Shown in pieces: positions 19,545 through 32,449 of a stretch of DNA of 64,000 nucleotides. The stretch spans positions 21,075 through 85,074 of the forward strand of contig NZ_JBLIED010000005.1 in NCBI RefSeq assembly GCF_047632955.1, read 5' to 3'. Below the pieces are notes generated by a model, which made no database searches, was not told where the DNA came from, and saw only the letters and a program-made list of their open reading frames with translations. A program made the position numbers and the translations under genes. Origin of the DNA: Psychromonas sp. GTDB taxonomy: Bacteria; Pseudomonadota; Gammaproteobacteria; Enterobacterales; Psychromonadaceae. How positions within the stretch are numbered: position 1 is the stretch's first letter; every line of letters starts with the position of its first letter.

Positions 19545-20762
19545 ATGGATTTAATACAAAATCACGTTACGGCATTAGTCAGTAGTGCAGATACGTTATT
19601 TATTTTATTAGGTGCAATCATGGTTTTCGCCATGCATGCAGGATTTGCTTTTTTGGAAGTTGGCACTGTCCGTCATAAAAACCAAGTAAACGCGTTAGTT
19701 AAAATTATGTCTGACTTTGGAATTTCAGCATTGGTTTATTTTTTCTTTGGTTATTGGCTGGCTTATGGCGTTACCTTTTTTGATAGTGCCGCGGTATTAG
19801 CTGAAAATAATGGTTATGAATTGGTTAAATTCTTTTTCTTAATGACTTTTGCTGCCGCAATTCCGGCAATTATCTCCGGTGGTGTTGCCGAGAGAGCTAA
19901 GTTTAACCCGATGTTAATCGCAGCTGCATTATGTGTTGGCCTGGTTTATCCTTTCTTTGAAGGCCTTATTTGGAACGGTAATTACGGCTTTCAGGATTGG
20001 CTTGCGGTAAATTTTGGTGCGGCGTTCCACGATTTTGCCGGTTCTATTGTTGTACACGCAGTAGGTGGATGGATTGCCTTTACTGCGATTATTGTTTTGG
20101 GCAGTCGTAATGGCCGTTATCGTTCCGGCAGGTTAGTCGCTTTTGCTCCCTCTAATATCCCCTTATTAGCACTTGGTGCTTGGATTTTATCGGTCGGCTG
20201 GTTCGGTTTTAACGTTATGTCTGCACAAGCCATTGAAGGAATTAGCGGTTTAGTCGCAATGAACTCTTTAATGGCAATGGTCGGCGGCATTATTAGCGCA
20301 CTGGTTATCGGCAAAAAAGATCCCGGTTTTATTCATAATGGTCCATTAGCCGGACTCGTCGCAGTATGTGCCGGTTCCGATATAATGCACCCGATGGGCG
20401 CATTGCTCACCGGTTTAGTGGCCGGTGCTTTATTTGTGTGGTTATTCACTTATGTACAAAAAAAATACACCAGTTTTGATGATGTGTTGGGTGTGTGGCC
20501 TTTACATGGTGTTTGCGGCCTGTGGGGCGGTATCGCTGCGGGTATTTTTGGTCTGCAAAGCCTAGGCGGTTTAGGCGGCGTCAGTTTTGTCAGTCAATTA
20601 ATCGGTTCGCTTGCCGGCGTGTCAGTAGCGGTGATTGGCGGTTTTGCTGTGTACCGACTGGTTAATCACTTTATACCCATTCGCCTCTCAGAAGAAGAGG
20701 AGTTCAATGGGGCGGATGTCTCAATACATAAAATTGGCGCAATTAATGTAAACAACCAATAA
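19545..20762 (+). CDS. amt: Ammonium transporter (Amt family)
   Basis: GFAFLEVG, DFAGSIVVHAVGG, WFGFN and WPLHG motifs, with the twin His present. Confidence 0.93.
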   Translation: MDLIQNHVTALVSSADTLFILLGAIMVFAMHAGFAFLEVGTVRHKNQVNALVKIMSDFGISALVYFFFGYWLAYGVTFFDSAAVLAENNGYELVKFFFLMTFAAAIPAIISGGVAERAKFNPMLIAAALCVGLVYPFFEGLIWNGNYGFQDWLAVNFGAAFHDFAGSIVVHAVGGWIAFTAIIVLGSRNGRYRSGRLVAFAPSNIPLLALGAWILSVGWFGFNVMSAQAIEGISGLVAMNSLMAMVGGIISALVIGKKDPGFIHNGPLAGLVAVCAGSDIMHPMGALLTGLVAGALFVWLFTYVQKKYTSFDDVLGVWPLHGVCGLWGGIAAGIFGLQSLGGLGGVSFVSQLIGSLAGVSVAVIGGFAVYRLVNHFIPIRLSEEEEFNGADVSIHKIGAINVNNQ

Positions 20763-20776
20763 GTTGATTACAAGAG

Positions 20777-20808
20777 AAAAAAGGGATTGCATAAGTTATC
20801 CCTTTTTT
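20777..20808 (+). terminator. Intrinsic terminator after amt
   Basis: AAAAAAGGGAT..ATCCCTTTTTT. Confidence 0.75.
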
Positions 20809-20921
20809 TATGCCATTAATTCATATCAAATACACCTACAGCAAAGGTTATTGGGATCTTAATTGCTCTTGGATTTAACCCGCACAAGTAGATTTTTATT
20901 TTATTATTAGGAATAAATAAC

Positions 20922-21548
20922 ATGAAAGTAATTGAAGTTAAACATCCATTGGTTCAACACAAACTCGGTTTGATGCGTGAAGCCGATATTAGTACTAAAC
21001 GTTTTCGCGAAATAGCGCGCGAAGTCGGCAGTTTACTGACTTATGAAGCTACCAAGAATCTGGAACTTGAGACAGTGACAATTCAAGGCTGGAATGGAGA
21101 GGTAGAAGTACAACAGATTAAAGGTAAAAAAGCCACTGTTGTACCGATTTTGCGTGCTGGTTTAGGCATGATGGATGGCGTTTTGGAGCATATGCCAAGC
21201 GCTAAAATTAGTGTTGTTGGTATTTATCGTGATGAAGAAACATTGCAGCCGGTACCTTATTTCCAAAAATTAGTGGGCAACATTGATGAACGATTGGCAA
21301 TTGTTGTTGATCCGATGCTTGCGACGGGTGGCTCTATGATTTCCACCATTGATTTAATCAAAAAAGCCGGTTGCACTAAAATAGTTGTACTCATTTTAGT
21401 GGCTGCTCCTGAAGGTTTGAAAGCATTGGAAGCTGCCCATCCGGATCTTGAAGTTTATACCGCCTCAGTTGATGATCATTTAAATGAAAAAGGTTATATC
21501 ATACCGGGTCTTGGTGATGCTGGTGATAAAATTTTTGGTACAAAATAA
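20922..21548 (+). CDS. upp: Uracil phosphoribosyltransferase
   Basis: [25 protein letters not shown] and PGLGDAGD motifs. Confidence 0.97.
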   Translation: MKVIEVKHPLVQHKLGLMREADISTKRFREIAREVGSLLTYEATKNLELETVTIQGWNGEVEVQQIKGKKATVVPILRAGLGMMDGVLEHMPSAKISVVGIYRDEETLQPVPYFQKLVGNIDERLAIVVDPMLATGGSMISTIDLIKKAGCTKIVVLILVAAPEGLKALEAAHPDLEVYTASVDDHLNEKGYIIPGLGDAGDKIFGTK

Positions 21549-21653
21549 CTTCCTAACCAATCCTATTGATTAATAGTTAATCTAAGGGATTGGTATAACT
21601 TAACTCTGGTCTTAAATTTCCAGGGTGAATTTTTGAGTATTACGGAGAAAGAG

Positions 21654-22937
21654 ATGACGGCTCGAACAGGTTCTGAATTGGAATCACCAGAAAAAGGTGC
21701 GGTTGAAGATGTGACTGCTGACTTTAATGTATTTCAGCAAGCCTTAGCGGGTTCACAAATGTTGTTTGTAGCATTTGGTGCATTGGTCTTAATGCCATTA
21801 ATCACCGGACTTGATCCAAATGTTGCCTTGTTCACCGCTGGTATTGGTACTTTATTGTTCCACTTAGTGACCAAAGGACAAGTGCCAATATTTTTAGCCT
21901 CTTCATTTGCCTTCATTGCTCCTATTGCCTACGGCATTCAAACCTGGGGAATTCCCGGAACGATGTCCGGATTGTTTGCAGCCGGTGTTGTTTATATGCT
22001 GATGTCCTATGCGGTTAAGCTCAAAGGGGTTGATTTTATCCATCGTTTATTACCTCCCGTGGTGGTTGGACCGGTGATCATGGTGATTGGTTTAAGCCTT
22101 GCTCCCGTTGCCGTTAATATGGCGCTGGGTAAAGCGGGTGATGGCAGTTTTGTGTTAATAGAACAAAATACCGCAATGATTATCTCTTTCTCCTCACTGA
22201 TCTGTACTTTATTAGTTGCGACCAAAGCAAAAGGCGTTTTTAAGTTACTGCCTATTCTTTCGGGGGTGGTGCTTGGTTATACGCTGTCATTTTTCCTTGG
22301 TGTGCTTGATTTTGCTCCCGTTGGTAATGCGGCTTGGTTGAGTCTTCCTAACTTTGTCGCGCCTGAATGGAACTGGCAAGCAGTTTTATTTATGGTGCCG
22401 GTAGCAATAGCGCCTGCAGTTGAACATGTTGGAGATATTCTTGCCATTAGTAATGTAACCGGGAAAGATTTTCTGAAAAAACCTGGTTTACACCGTACTT
22501 TGTTTGGCGATGGTTTGGCAACTAGTGCAGCTTCTTTATTTGGCGGTCCCCCCAATACGACTTATTCCGAGGTGACTGGTGCTGTGATGTTAACGCGTAA
22601 CTTTAATCCCAAAATAATGATTTGGGCTGCCGTTATTGCGATTTTCTTGGCTTTTATTGGTAAATTTGGTGCTCTATTACAAACCATTCCTTCGGCTGTT
22701 ATGGGCGGTATTATGATCCTATTATTCGGGACTATTGCGTCGGTTGGATTAAATACCTTAATCCGGCATAAAGTTGATCTGTCCAACGCGCGTAATTTAT
22801 GTATTGTTTCTGTCGTTTTGGTTTTTGGAATAGGTGGAATGGCCTTTGACTTTGGTGGTTTTAGTCTGCAGGGCGTCAGTTTATGTGCACTTGTGGCGAT
22901 ACTTTTGAATCTTCTTTTACCCAAGACAATTTCATAA
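21654..22937 (+). CDS. uraA: Uracil permease (NAT/NCS2 family)
   Basis: FLASSFAFI, EHVGD and GGPPNTTYSE motifs. Start placed at ATG 21654 (ORF track uses TTG 21633). Confidence 0.92.
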   Translation: MTARTGSELESPEKGAVEDVTADFNVFQQALAGSQMLFVAFGALVLMPLITGLDPNVALFTAGIGTLLFHLVTKGQVPIFLASSFAFIAPIAYGIQTWGIPGTMSGLFAAGVVYMLMSYAVKLKGVDFIHRLLPPVVVGPVIMVIGLSLAPVAVNMALGKAGDGSFVLIEQNTAMIISFSSLICTLLVATKAKGVFKLLPILSGVVLGYTLSFFLGVLDFAPVGNAAWLSLPNFVAPEWNWQAVLFMVPVAIAPAVEHVGDILAISNVTGKDFLKKPGLHRTLFGDGLATSAASLFGGPPNTTYSEVTGAVMLTRNFNPKIMIWAAVIAIFLAFIGKFGALLQTIPSAVMGGIMILLFGTIASVGLNTLIRHKVDLSNARNLCIVSVVLVFGIGGMAFDFGGFSLQGVSLCALVAILLNLLLPKTIS

Positions 22938-22956
22938 ATTAAATTTTATTACTATA

Positions 22957-22990
22957 AAACGTAATATTTCAGAAATGGAGTATTACGTTT
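22957..22990 (+). terminator. Terminator-like hairpin after uraA
   Basis: AAACGTAATA..TATTACGTTT. Confidence 0.6.
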
Positions 22991-23148
22991 ATTTAAAGCC
23001 TATTTTAAAATAAAAATATCGAATCAATCAGTTATGATTATAAGTCCGCGTGATTTTTCTCCCTTCTATTTAAACCTTTCCTAAAAAGTCTACAGCACTC
23101 CCTAAGTGAACTATTATTAAATCATACTGTAACTTTGGAGGGGTAATC

Positions 23149-24525
23149 ATGAATAAATTGCCTATCTTTTGGTTTTTAATTTCAATGTTTTTCAGTTTTA
23201 CTGCCAGCGCTAAAGAAGTTTGGGTTATTCCCATTCAGGGCGCTATTGGCCCTGCGACCTCTGATTATATAGAGCGGGAGTTTGAATTAGCGCAGCAGCA
23301 AGACGTCTCTTTACTGATTCTTAAAATGGACACGCCGGGTGGCTTAGATTCAGCTATGCGCAGTATTATTCGAAATATTACTTCCTCAACTGTTCCCGTT
23401 GCCACTTGGGTCGGCCCCAACGGTGCGCGCGCAGCAAGTGCCGGTACCTATATTTTATTAGCTAGCCATATTGCTGTAATGGCAAATGCAACCAATCTTG
23501 GCGCAGCCACGCCCGTTGCTATTGGTCTTTCCGGACCGGATAGTTCGCCTAGTGATGAAAATGCACCGTCAAAGCCGGAAGACGCTGAAAAGAACCAGCA
23601 GGTCAGCGCCAAAACGACACTTGAAAAGAAAGCGATTAATGATGCCAGTGCCTATATTAAAGGCTTGGCAAAACTGCATGGTCGTAACGAACAGTGGGCG
23701 GAAAAAGCGGTCAGGGAAGCTGCCAGTATCGATGCACAAACAGCATTAGCGGAGAATGTTATTGATTTTATTGCCGATGATCTTGAACAAGTGATAAAGC
23801 TTGCCGATGGCCGGGAAATTATATTATTGGGTAATCATACAACGCTATCATTAGATGGGGTCAGCCTTATCGAGCGCACACCTGATTGGCGTTATTCTTT
23901 TTTGGCGACTATTACCAACCCTAATATCGCTTATATATTACTGTTAATTGGTATCTATGGATTATTACTTGAATTTTACAATCCCGGTGGTGGGCTCCCC
24001 GGTATTTTGGGAGGGATCTGCTTAGTGCTGGCAATGTACGCGATGCAGATGTTACCGATAAATTATGCCGGATTAGCTTTGATTTTACTGGGGCTTTTAT
24101 TACTTGTAGGTGAAGCCTTTAGCCCAAGTTTTGGTGTTTTGGGCCTTGGCGGGGTTGTCTCATTTATACTGGGTTCCATTTTTCTTATGGACAGTGACTT
24201 ACCGGAATATCAAATTGCTAAGCCTCTGATTATTGCCGTATCACTGTTATCGGCTGCTTTTATTCTGTTGATGATTGCGCTGTTATTAAAAGTCAGACAG
24301 AAAAAAGTCACTACGGGGGTAGATTGTTTGGTTGGCAGGCTTGCTACTGTAAAAGATGATTTTGATAGAGGCCAGGGCTGGGTTGAGGTAGCAGGTGAGA
24401 GTTGGCACGCATCCAGCGCTGATAGTTTATTGGCAGGGCAAAAAGTACGCATTCAACAAGTCAGTGGATTAAACCTGGTTGTCTGTGTGAATGATATTGA
24501 AAGTCACGGAATAAAACCAGTATAA
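23149..24525 (+). CDS. nfeD: Long-form NfeD membrane-bound ClpP-class serine protease
   Basis: Signal peptide, DTPGG, AASAG and LGAATPV motifs, a TM bundle, and a C-terminal OB fold (G.V.V.GESWHA). Confidence 0.9.
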   Translation: MNKLPIFWFLISMFFSFTASAKEVWVIPIQGAIGPATSDYIEREFELAQQQDVSLLILKMDTPGGLDSAMRSIIRNITSSTVPVATWVGPNGARAASAGTYILLASHIAVMANATNLGAATPVAIGLSGPDSSPSDENAPSKPEDAEKNQQVSAKTTLEKKAINDASAYIKGLAKLHGRNEQWAEKAVREAASIDAQTALAENVIDFIADDLEQVIKLADGREIILLGNHTTLSLDGVSLIERTPDWRYSFLATITNPNIAYILLLIGIYGLLLEFYNPGGGLPGILGGICLVLAMYAMQMLPINYAGLALILLGLLLLVGEAFSPSFGVLGLGGVVSFILGSIFLMDSDLPEYQIAKPLIIAVSLLSAAFILLMIALLLKVRQKKVTTGVDCLVGRLATVKDDFDRGQGWVEVAGESWHASSADSLLAGQKVRIQQVSGLNLVVCVNDIESHGIKPV

Positions 24526-24552
24526 AACTTGTGTCCATTAATAAGGAGAAAG

Positions 24553-25326
24553 ATGATGATGACTTATAGTATAATCGGTGGTTTTATTTCCATCTTAGTA
24601 ATCGCGTTCCTCTTTAGCATGTTCAAAGTATTACGTGAATATGAGCGTGGTGTGGTTTATTTTCTTGGGCGTTTTCAGGAAGTGAAGGGCCCGGGATTGG
24701 TTATTTTAATTCCTGTTATTCAGCAAATGGTAAGAGTTGATCTGCGAACAATCGTTTTAGACGTACCCACTCAAGATTTAATCACACGTGATAACGTCTC
24801 GGTTAAAGTTAATGCAGTTGTCTATTTTCGAGTCGTGGATCCGCAGATGGCTATCAACAATGTAGAAAGTTATTTTGAGGCAACCAGTCAATTATCACAA
24901 ACGACTTTAAGGTCGGTGTTAGGGCAACATGAACTTGATGAGTTGCTCGCTGAACGGGACCGTTTGAATAAAGACATACAAGTTATTCTCGACAAACAAA
25001 CGGATAATTGGGGCATAAAAATAGCAACGGTTGAAGTTAAACATGTCGATCTTGATGATAGTATGATCCGAGCGTTAGCCAAACAAGCTGAGGCGGAGCG
25101 TGTCAGACGGGCAAAAGTTATTCATGCAACGGGTGAATTCGAAGCCTCTGAAAAATTGCAGCAGGCTGCAATGGTTTTAAGTAAAGCGCCTAATGCGATG
25201 CAGTTAAGATATATGCAAACGTTAACTGAAATTGCGAATGAGAGAACGTCCACTATTATCTTCCCTATGCCGATTGATTTGTTGGATAACTTAAAAGATA
25301 TTATTAAAGAAAAAAATCCAAATTAG
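24553..25326 (+). CDS. Stomatin-like SPFH (slipin) protein
   Basis: [25 protein letters not shown] and [10 protein letters not shown] motifs. Start placed after AAGGAG. Confidence 0.92.
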   Translation: MMMTYSIIGGFISILVIAFLFSMFKVLREYERGVVYFLGRFQEVKGPGLVILIPVIQQMVRVDLRTIVLDVPTQDLITRDNVSVKVNAVVYFRVVDPQMAINNVESYFEATSQLSQTTLRSVLGQHELDELLAERDRLNKDIQVILDKQTDNWGIKIATVEVKHVDLDDSMIRALAKQAEAERVRRAKVIHATGEFEASEKLQQAAMVLSKAPNAMQLRYMQTLTEIANERTSTIIFPMPIDLLDNLKDIIKEKNPN

Positions 25327-25405
25327 TATATAAAGAGAGGCAGCGAGCAAAGTTAAATAATCTCTATACTATTAATACAGATTAAAGACAGACTCATAGG
25401 GCACT

Positions 25406-26452
25406 ATGACATTACTTCTTTTTTATATTTTTATTGCCATTGGTATTTCTTTTTTATGCTCACTATTGGAGGCGGTGTTATTGTCCATCACGGCAACCTT
25501 TATTGAGCAGGTCAAGGAAACCAATAAACGTGCCGGCAAGGTATTGGCAAATACCAAGTTAAATATTGACCAGTCTATTTCCAGTATCCTTATTTTAAAT
25601 ACGTTCGCTCATACAATGGGGGCCGCTGGCGTTGGCGCGCAGGCTATTCGGGTTTTTGGTGAAAAGTGGGAATCCTTAGTTGCATTATTATTAACCCTGG
25701 CTATTTTGTACCTATCCGAAATTATACCCAAAACATTAGGGGTTACCTTTTGGCGTCAACTTGCCATTCCTGCCGCATATATTATTCGCTTTCTGGTTTA
25801 TTTTATTTATCCATTAGTTTGGCTGTCGACACGTTTGACCGGCTTGTTCCATCGTCATGGAAATGAAAATATCAGCCGTGAAGAGGTCTTGGCATTTGCA
25901 GCCTTGAGTTATCAAGTGGGAGGGATTGAAACGCAAGAGAAGCTGTTAGTCGAAAATATTTTTAAATTACGCGATGCCAAGGTAAAAGATATTTTAACCC
26001 CGCGTACTATGGTGCATGCTTTGCCTGAATCGACAACGGTTGAGCAGGCATTAGCTTTGGATAAAACGGCTATTTTCACTCGTATTCCCGTTTATGCTGA
26101 GACTATTGATAATATCACCGGGTTTATTATTAAGGGTCAACTCTATGAAAGTGAGCGGCGAGGGCAGGGGGCTATACGACTAAAGGAGATTAAATCTCCT
26201 ATTTATCGAATATCTGGAGAGTTCCCACTTTTGAATCTATTTGATATTTTTATTAAACGCCGGGAACATCTTTTTTTAGTTGAAGATAAATTCGGTCAAA
26301 CTTCAGGTGTTGTTACCTTAGAAGATGCGGTAGAAAGTTTACTTGGCCGTGAAATCGTGGATGAAAGTGACCAAGTTGCAGATCTACAGAAACTTGCCAA
26401 AGAAAATTACCGACAAAGCTTACGTAATAAAAAGGGGGGTAGAGAGCGCTAA
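25406..26452 (+). CDS. CNNM (DUF21)-CBS domain protein
   Basis: SFLCSLLEA, ILNTFAHTMGA, SEIIPKT, a CBS pair and GVVTLED motifs. Confidence 0.88.
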   Translation: MTLLLFYIFIAIGISFLCSLLEAVLLSITATFIEQVKETNKRAGKVLANTKLNIDQSISSILILNTFAHTMGAAGVGAQAIRVFGEKWESLVALLLTLAILYLSEIIPKTLGVTFWRQLAIPAAYIIRFLVYFIYPLVWLSTRLTGLFHRHGNENISREEVLAFAALSYQVGGIETQEKLLVENIFKLRDAKVKDILTPRTMVHALPESTTVEQALALDKTAIFTRIPVYAETIDNITGFIIKGQLYESERRGQGAIRLKEIKSPIYRISGEFPLLNLFDIFIKRREHLFLVEDKFGQTSGVVTLEDAVESLLGREIVDESDQVADLQKLAKENYRQSLRNKKGGRER

Positions 26453-26870
26453 AAGCGGCTGTGATAAACCCTATATGCATGCTTTATTTTATCTTTTGAA
26501 ACTTATATAATTTAAAGTAGGTCTGTTTATGTCAATATATCTTACTTTGCTGCTCTGTTTAGGGTTAAAGTAAATGCATAAAAGTAAGCTCTTGATGATA
26601 GTCATTGGCCTAAAGTAAGTGATTTTAATAATATCTGTTGTGTGCTATTTTACTGGAAAATTTTATTTCAACGGATGACTTAATAACAGAGAGTAGTGTA
26701 ACTCATTATGATCCATTGAGCGCTCTTATAGGCATTTTCAAAGCAATAAAAGAAAGACCAGATACTTGTATTGAGCCTTATGAAACGATTTACTGAAGCT
26801 GGCGATGTTAGCAAGGTCGAAGAGAAGACTGACCAAAATACCATAATCTACCAGTAGAGATATTTACAAT

Positions 26871-27164
26871 ATGTTTAGACTATTTAATAAAGTTTGGAAA
26901 CCATGCGCTAAGGCTTTTCATGCTTCTCAAGAGTTCCAGCAACGAATTTGGGTTGTCAGTATTCAACAGGGCGAACAGCAGAAAAATAGTGCTTTTAATA
27001 ATACCTATTTGATCAATGAAGATAGTTTCGATACGCCGATGCATTGGATGTATGACAAAGGCTATTCAGCAGGAGATATTAAAAAAGTCGACAAGATGCA
27101 ACGTTCACAGGTGCTTGTAATCGAGTTTGAAAATTACATACATAGTCTGATACGGGTTAAGTAG
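26871..27164 (+). CDS. Hypothetical protein (97 aa)
   Basis: Clean ATG-started ORF filling a gap, with normal composition. No family recognised. Confidence 0.65.
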   Translation: MFRLFNKVWKPCAKAFHASQEFQQRIWVVSIQQGEQQKNSAFNNTYLINEDSFDTPMHWMYDKGYSAGDIKKVDKMQRSQVLVIEFENYIHSLIRVK

Positions 27165-27213
27165 AGGCCTGCAGAAAATTTTGTGCAGGCTTGGATTTAT
27201 GTGCAGTTAAAGT

Positions 27214-28365
27214 TCACAGAGCAGCTTCTAAAATTTTACGTGATCGGCTTAAATCGATGTTAGCATGTTCCCCCAATGCAACCATTCCATGTTTTTTTAA
27301 ACTATTTAAAATCACTTCAATGGACGATCTTTCAAGCCCCGCATGATTGAGGCTTGTTGGCGCATTCATGATGGTGAAAAAATGAATTGTTTCGGCAATT
27401 GCCTGGTTTATGCGTTGCTCAATTGAACCTTCAGTAATAGCAAAAACTCTTTCGCCATATTGTAATAATTTTTCTTCCTTTTCGACCCTGCATATATTCA
27501 TTACTGCGGGTAAAATAATACTTAAACTGCGTGCATGGTCAATACCATAATTACCGGTAAGCTCATGTCCAATACTATGCGATGTCCAATCTTGCGGCAC
27601 ACCGGCACCAATTAAACCGTTTAATGCCTGCGTTGCACTCCACATTATATTTACTCTAACGGCCAGATCATTCGGTGTTTTTAATACTTTTGGACCTTCT
27701 TCGAGCAAATTCAATAATAGAGCTTCTGCAAAACGATCTTGTACTTTGGCATTAACCGGATAAGTGAGGTATTGCTCCATGACATGGACAAAGGCGTCGA
27801 CAACACCATTGGCACTTTGACGTGGTGATAAGCTTAACGTTGTGGTGGGATCTAAAATTGCAAAAGCCGGGCGAACCAGCGGTGAATTAAAAGCAAGTTT
27901 GTCGTGATCTCGAGTAACAACTGCGTTGCCGTTACTTTCAGATCCTGTTGCGGGCAGCGTTAGTATACAGCCTAAAGGAAGCGCACTATTAACCGCCGCC
28001 TGTGCTTCCAAAATATCCCAACACTCAGGACCTTCAAATTTGCAGGCCGCCGCAATAAATTTTGTGCCGTCAATGACAGAACCACCGCCAACGGCTAATA
28101 GATAATCAAAATCTTCCGCTTTGATTAATGCAACGGCTTTAAGCAACGTATCATATTTAGGGTTTGGTTCAATGCCGGAGAATTCACCCCAGTTATAATC
28201 TGCCAAGGCATTCTTAACCTGATCATAAACACCATTATTTTTAATGGAGCCTCCGCCATAAAGCACTAATACTTTCTTGCCTTTTGGTATTTCAGAGGTG
28301 ATTTTGCTAATCTGACCTTCGCCAAAATGAATACGTGTGTTATTAAAAAAAGTAAAATTATCCAT
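27214..28365 (-). CDS. yqhD: Iron-containing NADPH-dependent alcohol/aldehyde dehydrogenase (YqhD-like)
   Basis: GIEPNP, AVGGGSVIDGTK, TLPATGSE and PQDWTSHSIGHE motifs. Start placed at 28365 after GGAG. Confidence 0.88.
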   Translation of the reverse strand: MDNFTFFNNTRIHFGEGQISKITSEIPKGKKVLVLYGGGSIKNNGVYDQVKNALADYNWGEFSGIEPNPKYDTLLKAVALIKAEDFDYLLAVGGGSVIDGTKFIAAACKFEGPECWDILEAQAAVNSALPLGCILTLPATGSESNGNAVVTRDHDKLAFNSPLVRPAFAILDPTTTLSLSPRQSANGVVDAFVHVMEQYLTYPVNAKVQDRFAEALLLNLLEEGPKVLKTPNDLAVRVNIMWSATQALNGLIGAGVPQDWTSHSIGHELTGNYGIDHARSLSIILPAVMNICRVEKEEKLLQYGERVFAITEGSIEQRINQAIAETIHFFTIMNAPTSLNHAGLERSSIEVILNSLKKHGMVALGEHANIDLSRSRKILEAAL

Positions 28366-28593
28366 GCCTATCTCCATTTAATAAATTGCAACTTGAGATA
28401 ATATCCGTGAAGGTTAATTAACATTAGCAGTTAATATCAAATACAGTTGCATTTTTTTCAATCCTTTTAAGGACCTATTATTTAAATGTGTTAATTTTTT
28501 TAATTTTTGGGCCATGTGATTAAAAGGAAAGATATAACTTAACTGTGCAGTTGTGTTCGTTGTTTATTGACTTGAATGGTATTGAGCATTTTA

Positions 28594-28636
28594 AGAGAAA
28601 GGTTAATCAACAGATTGTTATCATTAACCCTTCTCT
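28594..28636 (-). terminator. Hairpin at the end of the his operon
   Basis: AGAGAAAGGTTAAT..ATTAACCCTTCTCT; the single mismatch is a G:U pair on the minus strand. Confidence 0.6.
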
Positions 28637-28649
28637 GAAAAATTAAAAA

Positions 28650-29275
28650 TCAACTGCTATGGCGTTCCTGTAATTTATCAGCAACGTCGGATAGTTGTAA
28701 ACCTTCATTTTGTAATAATACGGTGAGATGATATAAAAGATCGGCACTTTCACAAGTTAATTCATCCATATCTTTGGCCATTGCAGCAAGCGCAACCTCA
28801 ACACCTTCTTCTCCCACTTTTTGGGCGATACGTTTTGTTCCTCGCGCATAGAGACTTGCAGTATAGCTGCTTTTTGGATCAGCATCTTTGCGTCCGGCTA
28901 CGATTTTTTCTAAATCGGCAATGAAAGTGAGTGCTGGTTGTAATTCACCTTTAAAGCAGCTTTCTGTGCCCAGATGACAGGTTGGGCCAACGGGATCAAC
29001 GATAGCCAACAGGGTATCATTATCACAGTCGGTGCTGATTTCTAGAACATTTAAAAAGTGACCAGACTCTTCCCCTTTACACCATAAACGCTGTTTGGTG
29101 CGGCTGAAAAAAGTCATTTTCCCGCTTGTCAGGGTTGCGGCTAACGCTTCTTGGTTTACATAACCCAACATTAATACTTTACCGGAGGTGCGGTTTTGCA
29201 CAATAACCGGCATGAGGTTATCAACTTTTGTCCAATCAAGTCCGTTAAGCTGCTCTTCATTCATTAATACATTAC

Positions 29276-29279
<4 letters not shown>
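28650..29279 (-). CDS. hisI: Bifunctional phosphoribosyl-AMP cyclohydrolase/phosphoribosyl-ATP diphosphatase HisIE
   Basis: [18 protein letters not shown] and KVGEEGVE motifs. Confidence 0.96.
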
Positions 29280-31368
<2,089 letters not shown>

Positions 31369-31372
<4 letters not shown>

Positions 31373-32439
31373 AAAACACCTTTGCTTGAAGGTAAGTCGG
31401 TTCCCACTACTTGTATAGATTGGCGCAGGGTACGGCCGAATGTTTTAAATAAACCTTCAACCATATGATGCGCATTACCGTTCTCAACTTCAAGGTGTAA
31501 CGTCGCGCCCAGCGCTTGTGCTAAGGAATAGAAAAAGTGTTCAACCATTTCCGTTGACATAGTGCCGACTAATTCACGTGGAAATTGCGCTTTAAATTTA
31601 AGGAATGGTCGGCCGGATAAATCCAACGTACAACTGGCTTTTGTTTCATCCATGGGTAATACAAATCCAAAACGACCTATACCGCGTTTGTCTCCGAGCG
31701 CCTCTTTTAAGGCCTCGCCAAGCGCCAGAGCGGTATCTTCAACACTATGATGATCGTCTATGTGTAAATCACCCTTAACCCGTACATCCATCTGAAAACC
31801 GCCGTGGGTGGCAATTTGATCTAACATGTGGTCAAAGAAGCCCATGCCGGTATCAATATGGTTTTCACCGGTATTATCTAAATCCACGGTGACATTAATA
31901 TCGGTTTCTTTAGTTGTACGGGTAACGGATGCCGTACGGCCTTTGCTGGTTAACTGTTTAACAATTGCATTCCAGCCACAGGTTTCTCGGTTGTACATAA
32001 TGCCGGTGATACCCATATTTTCAGCAAGCTGGATATCGGTTATACGATCGCCAATGACATAGGAATGTGCAAAATCGATGCGTCCCGATTTTAGGTATTC
32101 GCTGACCATCCCCAAATGGGGTTTACGGCAGCTGCAGTTATCTGCTGGGAAGTGCGGACAAAGCAGAGTGGCTTCAAACTTAACACCTTGCGAGGCAAAG
32201 ATTTCGATCATTTTATTTTGCGGAATATCAAAATCACACTGCGGGTAACTGTCGGTTCCCAGACCATCCTGGTTTGACACTATGACCAAAATATAACCGG
32301 CGTCTTGTAATGTCAGTAAACTTGGAATGACATTGGCTTCAAAGATCAGTTTTTCTAAACTATCAACCTGTTTGTCGCTGATCGGCTCATCAATTAACGT
32401 ACCATCACGGTCGATGAATAGAAATTTTTGTTTACTCAT
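31369..32439 (-). CDS. hisB: Bifunctional histidinol-phosphatase/IGP dehydratase HisB
   Basis: [20 protein letters not shown] and DDHHSVED motifs. Confidence 0.97.
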
Positions 32440-32449
32440 TATTTATTTC

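Noticed and set aside
20860-20921. UTP-dependent reiterative-transcription motif in the upp leader
   Set aside because: GATTTTTATTTT resembles the E. coli start region, but I could not place a convincing -10 element at the right distance.
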